Made by a program: the position numbers and the translations under genes
DNA from: Escherichia coli
Lineage (GTDB): Bacteria; Pseudomonadota; Gammaproteobacteria; Enterobacterales; Enterobacteriaceae
Reading direction: 5' to 3' (one strand)
Length of the DNA: 64,000 nt
Assembly (NCBI RefSeq): GCF_041248615.1
Contig: NZ_CP158426.1
Part shown: positions 43,783 to 52,654 of the stretch, piece after piece
How positions within the stretch are numbered: the first letter of the stretch is position 1
How the letters are laid out: every line of letters starts with the position of its first letter
The notes under the pieces: generated by a model
What the model was told of the DNA's origin: nothing
Seen by the model: only the letters and a program-made list of their open reading frames with translations
The model's database searches: none

Positions 43783-44892
43783 ATGAACGAACAATCCCAG
43801 GCCAAATCACCAGAAGCCTTGCGCGCAATGGTCGCCGGGACACTGGCCAATTTTCAGCACCCAACCCTGAAGCATAACCTCACCACGCTGAAAGCGTTGC
43901 ACCATGTCGCCTGGATGGACGACACGTTGCATGTGGAACTGGTTATGCCATTCGTCTGGCATAGCGCGTTCGAAGAGTTAAAAGAGCAATGTAGCGCCGA
44001 ACTGCTGCGCATCACCGGGGCGAAAGCTATCGACTGGAAACTGTCGCACAATATCGCCACCTTAAAACGCGTGAAGAATCAGCCGGGAATTAACGGCGTG
44101 AAGAACATCATTGCGGTCAGCTCCGGTAAAGGCGGCGTGGGTAAATCTTCCACGGCGGTAAACCTGGCGTTGGCACTCGCGGCGGAAGGGGCGAAAGTCG
44201 GCATTCTGGACGCCGATATCTACGGCCCATCAATCCCCACCATGCTGGGCGCAGAAAATCAGCGTCCAACTTCGCCGGACGGTACCCATATGGCACCGAT
44301 TATGTCTCATGGACTGGCAACCAATTCAATTGGTTATCTGGTCACTGACGACAATGCGATGGTGTGGCGTGGTCCGATGGCGAGCAAGGCGTTAATGCAG
44401 ATGTTGCAGGAAACCTTGTGGCCGGATCTCGACTATCTGGTGCTTGATATGCCGCCAGGCACCGGTGACATTCAATTGACACTGGCACAAAACATTCCAG
44501 TAACTGGCGCGGTAGTGGTCACCACCCCGCAGGACATTGCGTTGATCGATGCGAAAAAAGGCATTGTGATGTTCGAGAAAGTCGAGGTTCCGGTGCTCGG
44601 TATTGTCGAGAACATGAGTGTGCATATTTGCAGTAACTGTGGTCACCATGAACCGATTTTCGGTACCGGTGGTGCTGAGAAACTGGCTGAAAAATACCAC
44701 ACACAGCTGCTGGGGCAGATGCCGTTACACATCTCCTTACGTGAGGATCTCGATAAAGGCACGCCAACGGTTATCAGCCGTCCGGAGAGCGAATTTACCG
44801 CTATCTACCGCCAGCTGGCTGACCGCGTTGCAGCTCAGCTCTACTGGCAGGGTGAAGTCATTCCAGGCGAGATTTCCTTCCGCGCGGTCTAA
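43783..44892 (+). CDS. apbC: Fe-S cluster carrier P-loop ATPase (Mrp/ApbC)
   Basis: start set at MNEQSQAKSP giving 369 aa; deviant Walker A SGKGGVGKSS; CxxC (CSNCGHH). Confidence 0.9.
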   Translation: MNEQSQAKSPEALRAMVAGTLANFQHPTLKHNLTTLKALHHVAWMDDTLHVELVMPFVWHSAFEELKEQCSAELLRITGAKAIDWKLSHNIATLKRVKNQPGINGVKNIIAVSSGKGGVGKSSTAVNLALALAAEGAKVGILDADIYGPSIPTMLGAENQRPTSPDGTHMAPIMSHGLATNSIGYLVTDDNAMVWRGPMASKALMQMLQETLWPDLDYLVLDMPPGTGDIQLTLAQNIPVTGAVVVTTPQDIALIDAKKGIVMFEKVEVPVLGIVENMSVHICSNCGHHEPIFGTGGAEKLAEKYHTQLLGQMPLHISLREDLDKGTPTVISRPESEFTAIYRQLADRVAAQLYWQGEVIPGEISFRAV

Positions 44893-44921
44893 CGCCTATT
44901 AACCATTCTGGTTATTCTTCA

Positions 44922-44963
44922 TACACCGCAGAGATGTTACATTGATGCGGTGTATTTGTTTTT
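44922..44963 (+). terminator. rho-independent terminator after apbC
   Basis: ATACACCGCA-(loop)-GCGGTGTAT followed by TTGTTTTT. Confidence 0.6.
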
Positions 44964-45154
44964 GCCGCATTAATGAACACTTATTTAATACTGCGAATAT
45001 TCTGCGGACCTTCGTCCGAAACTCTACAAAGTCGATTGATCGTACAGGCAATGCTTCATTATCATCCTTCGTGGCTGTGTAGTGGATGTACAGCTATAGT
45101 TTGTTATGCACTCATTCTATCCAGGCATAACCTTTACTACAGGGATAACGTTCA

Positions 45155-45436
45155 ATGAATAAGTATTGGCTGTCAGGAATTATTTTTCTTGCCTATGGAT
45201 TGGCTTCTCCCGCATTCTCTTCAGAGACTGCCACATTAGCGATTAATGGCAGGATCAGTCCCCCAACATGCAGTATGGCTATGGTTAATGGTCAACCTCA
45301 ACAGCATTGTGGTCAGTTAACGTATGATGTTGATACCCGTCATCAGGTTTCTTCGCCAGTCAAAGGTGTAACGACAGAAGTGGTTGTTGCAGGTAGCGAT
45401 AGCAAACGTCGAATCGTGTTAAATCGCTACGATTAA
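45155..45436 (+). CDS. yehE: small secreted protein
   Basis: 93 aa with signal peptide; matches recalled YehE. Confidence 0.8.
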   Translation: MNKYWLSGIIFLAYGLASPAFSSETATLAINGRISPPTCSMAMVNGQPQQHCGQLTYDVDTRHQVSSPVKGVTTEVVVAGSDSKRRIVLNRYD

Positions 45437-45469
45437 TTTGCCACCCTGGTTTTTTAATCGAATTTAGAA

Positions 45470-45507
45470 AGCTGAAATCATCCGTGTGAATGATTTCAGC
45501 TTTTTTA
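45470..45507 (+). terminator. rho-independent terminator after yehE
   Basis: AGCTGAAATCA-(loop)-TGATTTCAGCT followed by TTTTTT. Confidence 0.65.
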
Positions 45508-45730
45508 TTGATATCAATAATACCATTTACAAAAATCTGCATTAATTAATAGATGTGATAAATATTTAATATGCTTAAGTATTTGTTGTATTTATATTGC
45601 AATAGTTAATTTGTTTTAAATCAATAAAACAATATGTTTACATTGCTGCAACTTTTTTGATGTGAGAAATTTGTTTCCAAGAGATACAGACTCTTAACAA
45701 CCAAAAATAAATTTTATTAAGGAACATATT

Positions 45731-46273
45731 ATGAAACGTTCAATTATTGCTGCCGCTGTCTTTTCTTCTTTTTTTATGAGCGCTGGGGTATTTGCCGCAG
45801 ACGTTGATACCGGAACATTAACCATTAAAGGGAATATTGCAGAATCTCCGTGTAAATTCGAAGCGGGTGGCGATTCAGTAAGTATTAATATGCCAACTGT
45901 ACCAACCACTGTCTTTGAAGGTAAAGCTAAATACTCGACCTATGATGATGCAGTCGGTGTAACCAGCAGCATGTTAAAAATTAGCTGTCCGAAAGAAGTT
46001 GCTGGTGTAAAACTCTCGTTGATTACCAACGATAAAATAACCGGAAACGATAAGGCGATAGCCAGTAGCAACGATACCGTGGGGTACTATCTCTATTTAG
46101 GTGATAACAGCGATGTCCTGGATGTTTCTGCACCTTTTAACATTGAGAGTTATAAGACAGCGGAAGGTCAATATGCTATTCCGTTTAAAGCAAAATACCT
46201 GAAGCTGACAGATAATTCAGTGCAATCAGGTGATGTGTTATCTTCTCTGGTTATGCGTGTGGCGCAGGATTAA
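45731..46273 (+). CDS. yehD: fimbrial major subunit (chaperone-usher pilus)
   Basis: 180 aa, signal peptide, fimbrial subunit fold with a Cys pair; first gene of the yehDCBA operon. Confidence 0.85.
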   Translation: MKRSIIAAAVFSSFFMSAGVFAADVDTGTLTIKGNIAESPCKFEAGGDSVSINMPTVPTTVFEGKAKYSTYDDAVGVTSSMLKISCPKEVAGVKLSLITNDKITGNDKAIASSNDTVGYYLYLGDNSDVLDVSAPFNIESYKTAEGQYAIPFKAKYLKLTDNSVQSGDVLSSLVMRVAQD

Positions 46274-46309
46274 TAAATAAAATTTCAAGTTTCTCCAGGT
46301 AATAAACAT

Positions 46310-46336
46310 GGCCGCTATCCCCATGGCGGCCTTTTA
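46310..46336 (+). terminator. intra-operon attenuator hairpin between pilin and chaperone genes
   Basis: GGCCGC-(10 nt)-GCGGCC followed by TTTT; typical of fimbrial operons after the major subunit gene. Confidence 0.5.
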
Positions 46337-46353
46337 ATTTAAGAGGCATTAAG

Positions 46354-47028
46354 ATGAAAGGATTATTTGCTTTACTCATTTCTTCTATGGTCCTTCCTGC
46401 ACATGCCGGTATTGTTATCTACGGGACGCGCATTATTTACCCGGCAGAAAATAAAGAAGTGATGGTGCAGTTGATGAATCAGGGAAACCGTTCTTCGCTG
46501 CTGCAGGCGTGGATTGATGATGGCGATACGTCGTTACCACCAGAAAAAATTCAGGTTCCTTTCATGTTAACGCCACCAGTGGCAAAAATAGGGGCAAATT
46601 CCGGGCAGCAAGTAAAAATCAAAATTATGCCGAATAAACTGCCCACTAATAAAGAGAGCATTTTTTATCTGAATGTTCTGGATATTCCACCAAATAGTCC
46701 AGAGCAAGAGGGCAAGAATGCACTGAAATTTGCAATGCAAAACAGAATCAAATTGTTTTACCGGCCTGCGGGTATTGCACCGGTAAATAAAGCGACATTT
46801 AAAAAGTTACTGGTAAATCGCAGTGGCAATGGATTGGTGATAAAAAATGACTCAGCAAATTGGGTGACGATTTCGGATGTCAAAGCTAATAATGTCAAAG
46901 TCAATTATGAAACTATTATGATTGCCCCCTTAGAAAGTCAGAGTATTAATGTCAAAAGTAATAATGCGAATAACTGGCATCTGACCATTATCGATGACCA
47001 TGGCAACTATATTAGTGACAAAATTTAA
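46354..47028 (+). CDS. yehC: periplasmic pilus chaperone (PapD-like)
   Basis: 224 aa, signal peptide MKGLFALLISSMVLPAHA, chaperone motifs (RIIYP...). Confidence 0.85.
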   Translation: MKGLFALLISSMVLPAHAGIVIYGTRIIYPAENKEVMVQLMNQGNRSSLLQAWIDDGDTSLPPEKIQVPFMLTPPVAKIGANSGQQVKIKIMPNKLPTNKESIFYLNVLDIPPNSPEQEGKNALKFAMQNRIKLFYRPAGIAPVNKATFKKLLVNRSGNGLVIKNDSANWVTISDVKANNVKVNYETIMIAPLESQSINVKSNNANNWHLTIIDDHGNYISDKI

Positions 47029-47043
47029 TTGCAGGAGCTGCCT

Positions 47044-49524
47044 ATGTTGAGAATGACCCCACTTGCATCAGCAATCGTAGCGTTATTGCTCGGCATTGAA
47101 GCTTATGCAGCTGAAGAAACCTTTGATACCCATTTTATGATAGGTGGAATGAAAGACCAGCAGGTTGCAAATATTCGTCTTGATGATAATCAACCCTTGC
47201 CGGGGCAGTATGACATCGATATTTATGTCAATAAGCAATGGCGCGGGAAATATGAGATTATTGTTAAAGAAAACCCGCAAGAAACATGTTTATCAAGGGA
47301 AATTATCAAGCGGTTAGGCATTAATACCGATAACTTTTCCAGCGGTAAGCAATGTTTAACATTTAAGCAACTTATTCAGGGCGGGAGCTATACCTGGGAT
47401 ATCGGAGTTTTTCGTCTCGATTTCAGTGTCCCGCAAGCCTGGGTGGAAGAACTGGAAAGTGGCTATGTACCACCTGAAAACTGGGAGCGGGGTATTAATG
47501 CGTTTTATACCTCTTATTATATGAGTCAGTATTACAGCGATTATAAAGCGTCCGGTAATAGCAAGAGTACATATGTACGTTTTAACAGCGGGTTAAACTT
47601 ACTGGGGTGGCAACTGCATTCTGATGCCAGTTTCAGTAAAACAAATAACAATCCAGGGGTGTGGAAAAGCAATACCCTGTATCTGGAACGTGGATTTGCC
47701 CAACTTCTCGGCACGCTTCGCGTGGGTGATATGTACACATCAAGCGATATTTTTGATTCTGTTCGCTTCAGCGGTGTGCGGTTGTTTCGTGATATGCAGA
47801 TGTTGCCTAACTCGAAACAGAATTTTACTCCACGGGTGCAGGGGATTGCTCAGAGTAACGCGCTGGTAACTATTGAACAGAACGGCTTTGTGGTTTATCA
47901 GAAAGAGGTTCCTCCTGGCCCGTTTGCGATTACAGATTTGCAGTTGGCCGGTGGTGGAGCAGATCTTGATGTCAGCGTGAAAGAGGCGGACGGTTCGGTA
48001 ACCACCTATCTGGTGCCTTATGCAGCGGTGCCGAATATGCTGCAACCTGGCGTGTCGAAATATGATTTTGCGGCGGGTCGTAGCCATATTGAAGGGGCGA
48101 GCAAACAAAGTGATTTTGTCCAGGCGGGTTATCAGTATGGTTTTAATAACTTATTGACGCTGTATGGCGGATCGATGGTCGCGAATAATTATTACGCGTT
48201 CACTTTGGGGACTAGCTGGAATACACGCATTGGTGCCATTTCCGTCGATGCCACGAAGTCGCATAGTAAACAAGACAACGGCGATGTGTTTGACGGGCAA
48301 AGTTATCAAATTGCCTACAACAAATTTGTGAGCCAAACGTCGACGCGTTTTGGTCTGGCGGCCTGGCGTTATTCGTCGCGTGATTACCGGACATTTAACG
48401 ATCACGTTTGGGCAAACAATAAAGATAATTATCGCCGTGATGAAAACGATATCTATGACATTGCCGATTATTACCAGAACGATTTTGGCCGTAAAAATAG
48501 CTTTTCTGCCAATATGAGCCAGTCATTGCCAGAAGGCTGGGGTTCTGTGTCCTTAAGTACGTTATGGCGAGATTACTGGGGGCGTAGCGGCAGCAGTAAG
48601 GATTATCAGTTGAGTTATTCCAACAACCTGCGACGGATAAGCTATACCCTCGCGGCAAGCCAGGCTTATGACGAGAATCATCATGAAGAGAAACGTTTTA
48701 ATATTTTTATATCGATTCCCTTTGATTGGGGTGATGACGTTACGACGCCTCGTCGGCAAATATATATGTCTAACTCAACGACGTTTGATGATCAGGGTTT
48801 TGCCTCAAATAATACGGGATTATCGGGAACCGTTGGAAACCGGGATCAATTTAACTATGGGGTCAACCTGAGTCATCAGCATCAGGGAAATGAAACAACA
48901 GCTGGAGCGAATTTAACCTGGAACGCGCCGGTGGCAACGGTGAATGGCAGTTATAGTCAGTCGAGTACTTATCGACAGGCTGGAGCCAGTGTTTCAGGGG
49001 GCATTGTCGCCTGGTCGGGTGGCGTTAATCTGGCGAACCGTCTTTCCGAAACGTTTGCAGTGATGAATGCGCCAGGAATTAAAGATGCTTATGTCAATGG
49101 GCAAAAATATCGCACAACAAACCGTAATGGAGTGGTGGTATACGACGGAATGACACCTTATCGGGAAAATCACCTGATGCTGGATGTGTCGCAAAGCGAT
49201 AGCGAAGCAGAATTGCGCGGTAACCGGAAAATTGCCGCACCTTATCGCGGCGCGGTTGTACTGGTTAATTTTGATACCGATCAGCGCAAGCCCTGGTTTA
49301 TAAAAGCGTTAAGAACGGATGGGCAACCATTAACGTTTGGTTATGAAGTCAATGATATCCATGGTCATAATATTGGCGTTGTCGGCCAGGGAAGCCAGTT
49401 ATTTATTCGCACCAATGAAGTTCCGCCATCGGTTAATGTAGCAATTGATAAGCAACAAGGACTTTCATGCACAATCACCTTCGGTAAAGAGATTGATGAA
49501 AGTAGAAATTATATTTGCCAGTAA
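47044..49524 (+). CDS. yehB: outer-membrane fimbrial usher
   Basis: start set at MLRMTPLASAIVALLLGIEAYA; 826 aa usher. Confidence 0.9.
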   Translation: MLRMTPLASAIVALLLGIEAYAAEETFDTHFMIGGMKDQQVANIRLDDNQPLPGQYDIDIYVNKQWRGKYEIIVKENPQETCLSREIIKRLGINTDNFSSGKQCLTFKQLIQGGSYTWDIGVFRLDFSVPQAWVEELESGYVPPENWERGINAFYTSYYMSQYYSDYKASGNSKSTYVRFNSGLNLLGWQLHSDASFSKTNNNPGVWKSNTLYLERGFAQLLGTLRVGDMYTSSDIFDSVRFSGVRLFRDMQMLPNSKQNFTPRVQGIAQSNALVTIEQNGFVVYQKEVPPGPFAITDLQLAGGGADLDVSVKEADGSVTTYLVPYAAVPNMLQPGVSKYDFAAGRSHIEGASKQSDFVQAGYQYGFNNLLTLYGGSMVANNYYAFTLGTSWNTRIGAISVDATKSHSKQDNGDVFDGQSYQIAYNKFVSQTSTRFGLAAWRYSSRDYRTFNDHVWANNKDNYRRDENDIYDIADYYQNDFGRKNSFSANMSQSLPEGWGSVSLSTLWRDYWGRSGSSKDYQLSYSNNLRRISYTLAASQAYDENHHEEKRFNIFISIPFDWGDDVTTPRRQIYMSNSTTFDDQGFASNNTGLSGTVGNRDQFNYGVNLSHQHQGNETTAGANLTWNAPVATVNGSYSQSSTYRQAGASVSGGIVAWSGGVNLANRLSETFAVMNAPGIKDAYVNGQKYRTTNRNGVVVYDGMTPYRENHLMLDVSQSDSEAELRGNRKIAAPYRGAVVLVNFDTDQRKPWFIKALRTDGQPLTFGYEVNDIHGHNIGVVGQGSQLFIRTNEVPPSVNVAIDKQQGLSCTITFGKEIDESRNYICQ

Positions 49525-49539
49525 TAGTCAGGTGGTTCT

Positions 49540-50574
49540 ATGAAAATTCGCATAATGCTATTTATATTAATGATGATGGTTATGCCAGTGAGCTATGCAG
49601 CATGTTATAGTGAGTTATCTGTTCAGCACAATTTGGTTGTTCAGGGGGATTTTGCACTTATTCAAACACAAATAGCGACATATGAGCATAATTTTAATGA
49701 TTCGTCATGCGTGAGTACAAATACTATCACCCCTATGAGCCCGTCGGATATTATTGTTGGACTTTATAACGATACCATTAAATTAAATTTACATTTTGAA
49801 TGGACCAATAAAAACAACATCACGTTGTCAAATAATCAGACCAGTTTCACCAGTGGTTATTCGGTAACGGTGACACCTGCGGCCAGTAATGCAAAAGTGA
49901 ATGTTTCTGCGGGGGGCGGCGGTTCAGTAATGATTAATGGTGTTGCAACATTATCCAGTGCTTCATCATCGACACGCGGGAGTGCTGCAGTACAATTTTT
50001 ACTGTGTTTATTCGGTGGCAAGTCATGGGATGCATGTGTAAATAGCTACAGAAATGCATTGGCACAAAATGCAGGTGTCTATTCCTTTAATCTGACATTG
50101 TCATACAACCCGATAACCACAACCTGCAAACCGGACGATTTATTAATTACTTTAGAGAGTATTCCCGTTTCACAATTACCAGCCAAAGGTAACAAAGCAA
50201 CAATAAATAGTAACAAAGGGGATATTGTTCTGCGTTGTAAAAACTTATTAGGTCAACAAAATCAAACATCACGGAAAATGCAGGTGTATTTATCAAGTTC
50301 TGACTTGTGGGGCAGTAGTAACACGATCCTGAAAGGTGCGGAAGATAATGGCGTAGGATTTATTCTTGAAAGTAATGGTTCGCCAGTCACACTTTTAAAT
50401 ATCACTAACAGCAGTAAAGGATATACAAATTTAAAGGAAGTTGCTGCGAAGTCAAAACTTACAGATACAACGGTTTCAATTCCGATAACTGCCAGTTACT
50501 ACGTCTACGATACAAACAAAGTTAAATCTGGCGCACTGGAGGCAACCGCATTAATCAACGTGAAATACGACTAA
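49540..50574 (+). CDS. yehA: fimbrial adhesin-like tip protein
   Basis: 344 aa with signal peptide; last gene of the chaperone-usher operon. Confidence 0.8.
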   Translation: MKIRIMLFILMMMVMPVSYAACYSELSVQHNLVVQGDFALIQTQIATYEHNFNDSSCVSTNTITPMSPSDIIVGLYNDTIKLNLHFEWTNKNNITLSNNQTSFTSGYSVTVTPAASNAKVNVSAGGGGSVMINGVATLSSASSSTRGSAAVQFLLCLFGGKSWDACVNSYRNALAQNAGVYSFNLTLSYNPITTTCKPDDLLITLESIPVSQLPAKGNKATINSNKGDIVLRCKNLLGQQNQTSRKMQVYLSSSDLWGSSNTILKGAEDNGVGFILESNGSPVTLLNITNSSKGYTNLKEVAAKSKLTDTTVSIPITASYYVYDTNKVKSGALEATALINVKYD

Positions 50575-50629
50575 TAACAAGCAAGACGAGCAAGTGGCTA
50601 ATAATAAAAATAATAAGGTGTCTGCATTT

Positions 50630-50657
50630 CCCCCTCTCTTCGAGGGGGCTTTTTTTC
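50630..50657 (+). terminator. rho-independent terminator after yehA (convergent with rcnB)
   Basis: CCCCCTC-tcttc-GAGGGGG followed by CTTTTTTT. Confidence 0.65.
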
Positions 50658-50994
50658 AGCGATGATAAAAAATCTCACCGTCGTAGGCTTTAATGATTTT
50701 ACCGTCGGTGTCGTTGATCAACACGTACGCGCCACCCATATAGGTCCAGTGTGTCCCGGCATCAGGCGCGGGCAGGTTACGTAACTGCCACTGCTTAATG
50801 TTGTACTCATCGGTGCGGTACATCTCTGGGACGGTATCGCCTGGTTTGAAATGCTTAAAGTCAGCAATGAAACTGCTTAACTCATACTTAGAAATTCCCG
50901 AGGTATTGGTCGAACCCGCGGTGGCTGGTGCGGCCCAGGCGGCACTGGTAACCAGCAAAAGCACACCCAGCAACATCTTATTTTTAATGGTCAT
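50656..50994 (-). CDS. rcnB: periplasmic nickel/cobalt homeostasis protein
   Basis: ORF 50656-51174; start set at MTIKNKMLLGVLLLVTSAAWA giving 112 aa as recalled for RcnB (YohN). Confidence 0.85.
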   Translation of the reverse strand: MTIKNKMLLGVLLLVTSAAWAAPATAGSTNTSGISKYELSSFIADFKHFKPGDTVPEMYRTDEYNIKQWQLRNLPAPDAGTHWTYMGGAYVLINDTDGKIIKAYDGEIFYHR

Positions 50995-51212
50995 AAACTC
51001 TCCACTTTGGGGATCTGTAATATCAGTCGCATATCTTTCCTGCCATACAATATAACTGACAAGCGATATTTTGTTAGTGATCCCATGATTTCGTAAAAAG
51101 TGTAAATGAAAGGATGCCCTAAAAGCATCCTTAGCGAGCAGAGAGTCAGCGGAAATAGCTGATTTAAGAATCATCCTGGGCTGAAGATAACATGCAAGCC
51201 TAAAGGATTGAG

Positions 51213-52037
51213 TTATCGCATTATGCCCATGAAGCCATGTACGCCCATATACACACCAACTAAGCCAATCAACAGACTGGAAAAATAGGGGGCGCGTTTA
51301 GCGAGAGTGTTAAATCCGCTCCAGCGTTTTGCGACCTGCTGAACGCTGATTGCTGCGCCAACGCCTACGGTGACCAGCGTTAACGCCAGGCCAATGCTGA
51401 AACTGACGACCAGTGTTGCGCCCAGTGTCAGGGCTTTCAACTGAATGCAAATCAACAGCACGGTAATTGCTGCCGGGCAGGGGATAAGGCCACCGGTTAA
51501 GCCAAATAACAAAATTTGCCAGTTGGTGACCTCTCTACCATCAAAGCGTCGTTTAATGTCATTGGCATGGGCTCGTGCATGGGCATCCTGATACTCGCCA
51601 TGTTCGTGATGGTGATGATGTCCATGGTCGTGGTGATCTTCGTGATCGTGGTGATGATGCTCATGATCATGCTCGTGCATATTCTCCAGCCAGTTTCGTT
51701 CGCCGCGCCAGGTACGCCAGAACATCCAGAACGCGGTGCCAATAATGATCACTGCGGAAATCAACTGGAGCCACGGTTCTGCTGATTGAGCAGTAAAGCG
51801 CTTGCTGATCACCATCCCGCCAAAGGCAATCAACCAGACCACTGCGGTATGCGAAATGGTTGCTGCCAGTCCGAGCATCACCGCCTGTTTAATGGTGCCT
51901 TTGATGGCGATGATAAACGCCGCCATCATCGTTTTTGAGTGCCCTGGTTCCAGGCCATGAAGCGCACCAAGTAAGATGGCGCTGGGGATGAAGAACCAGG
52001 CGTTTCCTTGCTGAAGAAGAGTTGTAAATTCGGTCAT
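51213..52037 (-). CDS. rcnA: nickel/cobalt efflux permease with histidine-rich loop
   Basis: 274 aa; His-rich loop HEHDHEHHHHDHEDHHDHGHHHHHEHGE between TM segments. Confidence 0.9.
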   Translation of the reverse strand: MTEFTTLLQQGNAWFFIPSAILLGALHGLEPGHSKTMMAAFIIAIKGTIKQAVMLGLAATISHTAVVWLIAFGGMVISKRFTAQSAEPWLQLISAVIIIGTAFWMFWRTWRGERNWLENMHEHDHEHHHHDHEDHHDHGHHHHHEHGEYQDAHARAHANDIKRRFDGREVTNWQILLFGLTGGLIPCPAAITVLLICIQLKALTLGATLVVSFSIGLALTLVTVGVGAAISVQQVAKRWSGFNTLAKRAPYFSSLLIGLVGVYMGVHGFMGIMR

Positions 52038-52074
52038 GATAATAATTCTTAGTATTAATTCGGCAATCTGATTC

Positions 52075-52109
52075 TACTCCCCCCCAGTACCTGATACTAC
52101 CCCCCAGTA
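52075..52109. promoter_or_regulatory. two RcnR operator sites (TACT-G6-N-AGTA) in the rcnA-rcnR divergent promoter region
   Basis: plus strand reads TACTCCCCCCCAGTA and TACTACCCCCCAGTA 5 bp apart; matches the published RcnR recognition motif. Confidence 0.8.
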
Positions 52110-52157
52110 GATTAATAGTGCTATGATTTTTCATATTCTTATTAACCAGGTGTTGCC

Positions 52158-52430
52158 ATGTCTCATACCATCCGTGATAAACAGAAACTGAAAGCGCGTG
52201 CCAGTAAGATTCAGGGCCAGGTCGTGGCGCTCAAGAAAATGCTCGACGAGCCGCACGAATGCGCTGCAGTTTTACAACAGATTGCTGCTATCCGTGGCGC
52301 GGTAAACGGTCTGATGCGGGAAGTGATTAAAGGTCATCTGACGGAACACATCGTTCACCAGGGGGATGAGCTAAAACGTGAAGAAGATCTGGATGTCGTT
52401 CTGAAGGTGCTGGATTCTTATATCAAATAA
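52158..52430 (+). CDS. rcnR: Ni/Co-responsive transcriptional repressor (CsoR/RcnR family)
   Basis: 90 aa; matches recalled RcnR; divergent from rcnA. Confidence 0.9.
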
Positions 52431-52519
52431 TTTATTAACGCTATTGTAAAACTGCCGTTTTTCCTCGTTTACAACGCGTGCGCTGGACATTACCATCCTC
52501 CTCTGCGATTTATCATCGC

Positions 52520-52600
52520 AACCAAACGACTCGGGGTGCCCTTCTGCGTGAAGGCTGAGAAATACCCGTATCACCTGATCTGGATAATGCCAGCGTAGGT
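52520..52600 (+). ncRNA. TPP riboswitch aptamer (thi-box) of the thiM leader
   Basis: AACCAAACGACTCGGGGTGCCCTTCTGCGTGAAGGCTGAGAAATACCCGTATCACCTGATCTGGATAATGCCAGCGTAGG matches the recalled E. coli thiM TPP aptamer; similarity ends at about 52600. Confidence 0.85.
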
Positions 52601-52654
52601 TGCCAACATTCTGATTAGTATTCATGTGGTTACATTTCTTTTTGTCCGTGTGTA

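Noticed and set aside
51590-51700. CAT/GTG-rich simple repeat as a non-coding microsatellite
   Set aside because: It encodes the histidine-rich metal-binding loop of RcnA; a coding low-complexity region, not an independent repeat element.
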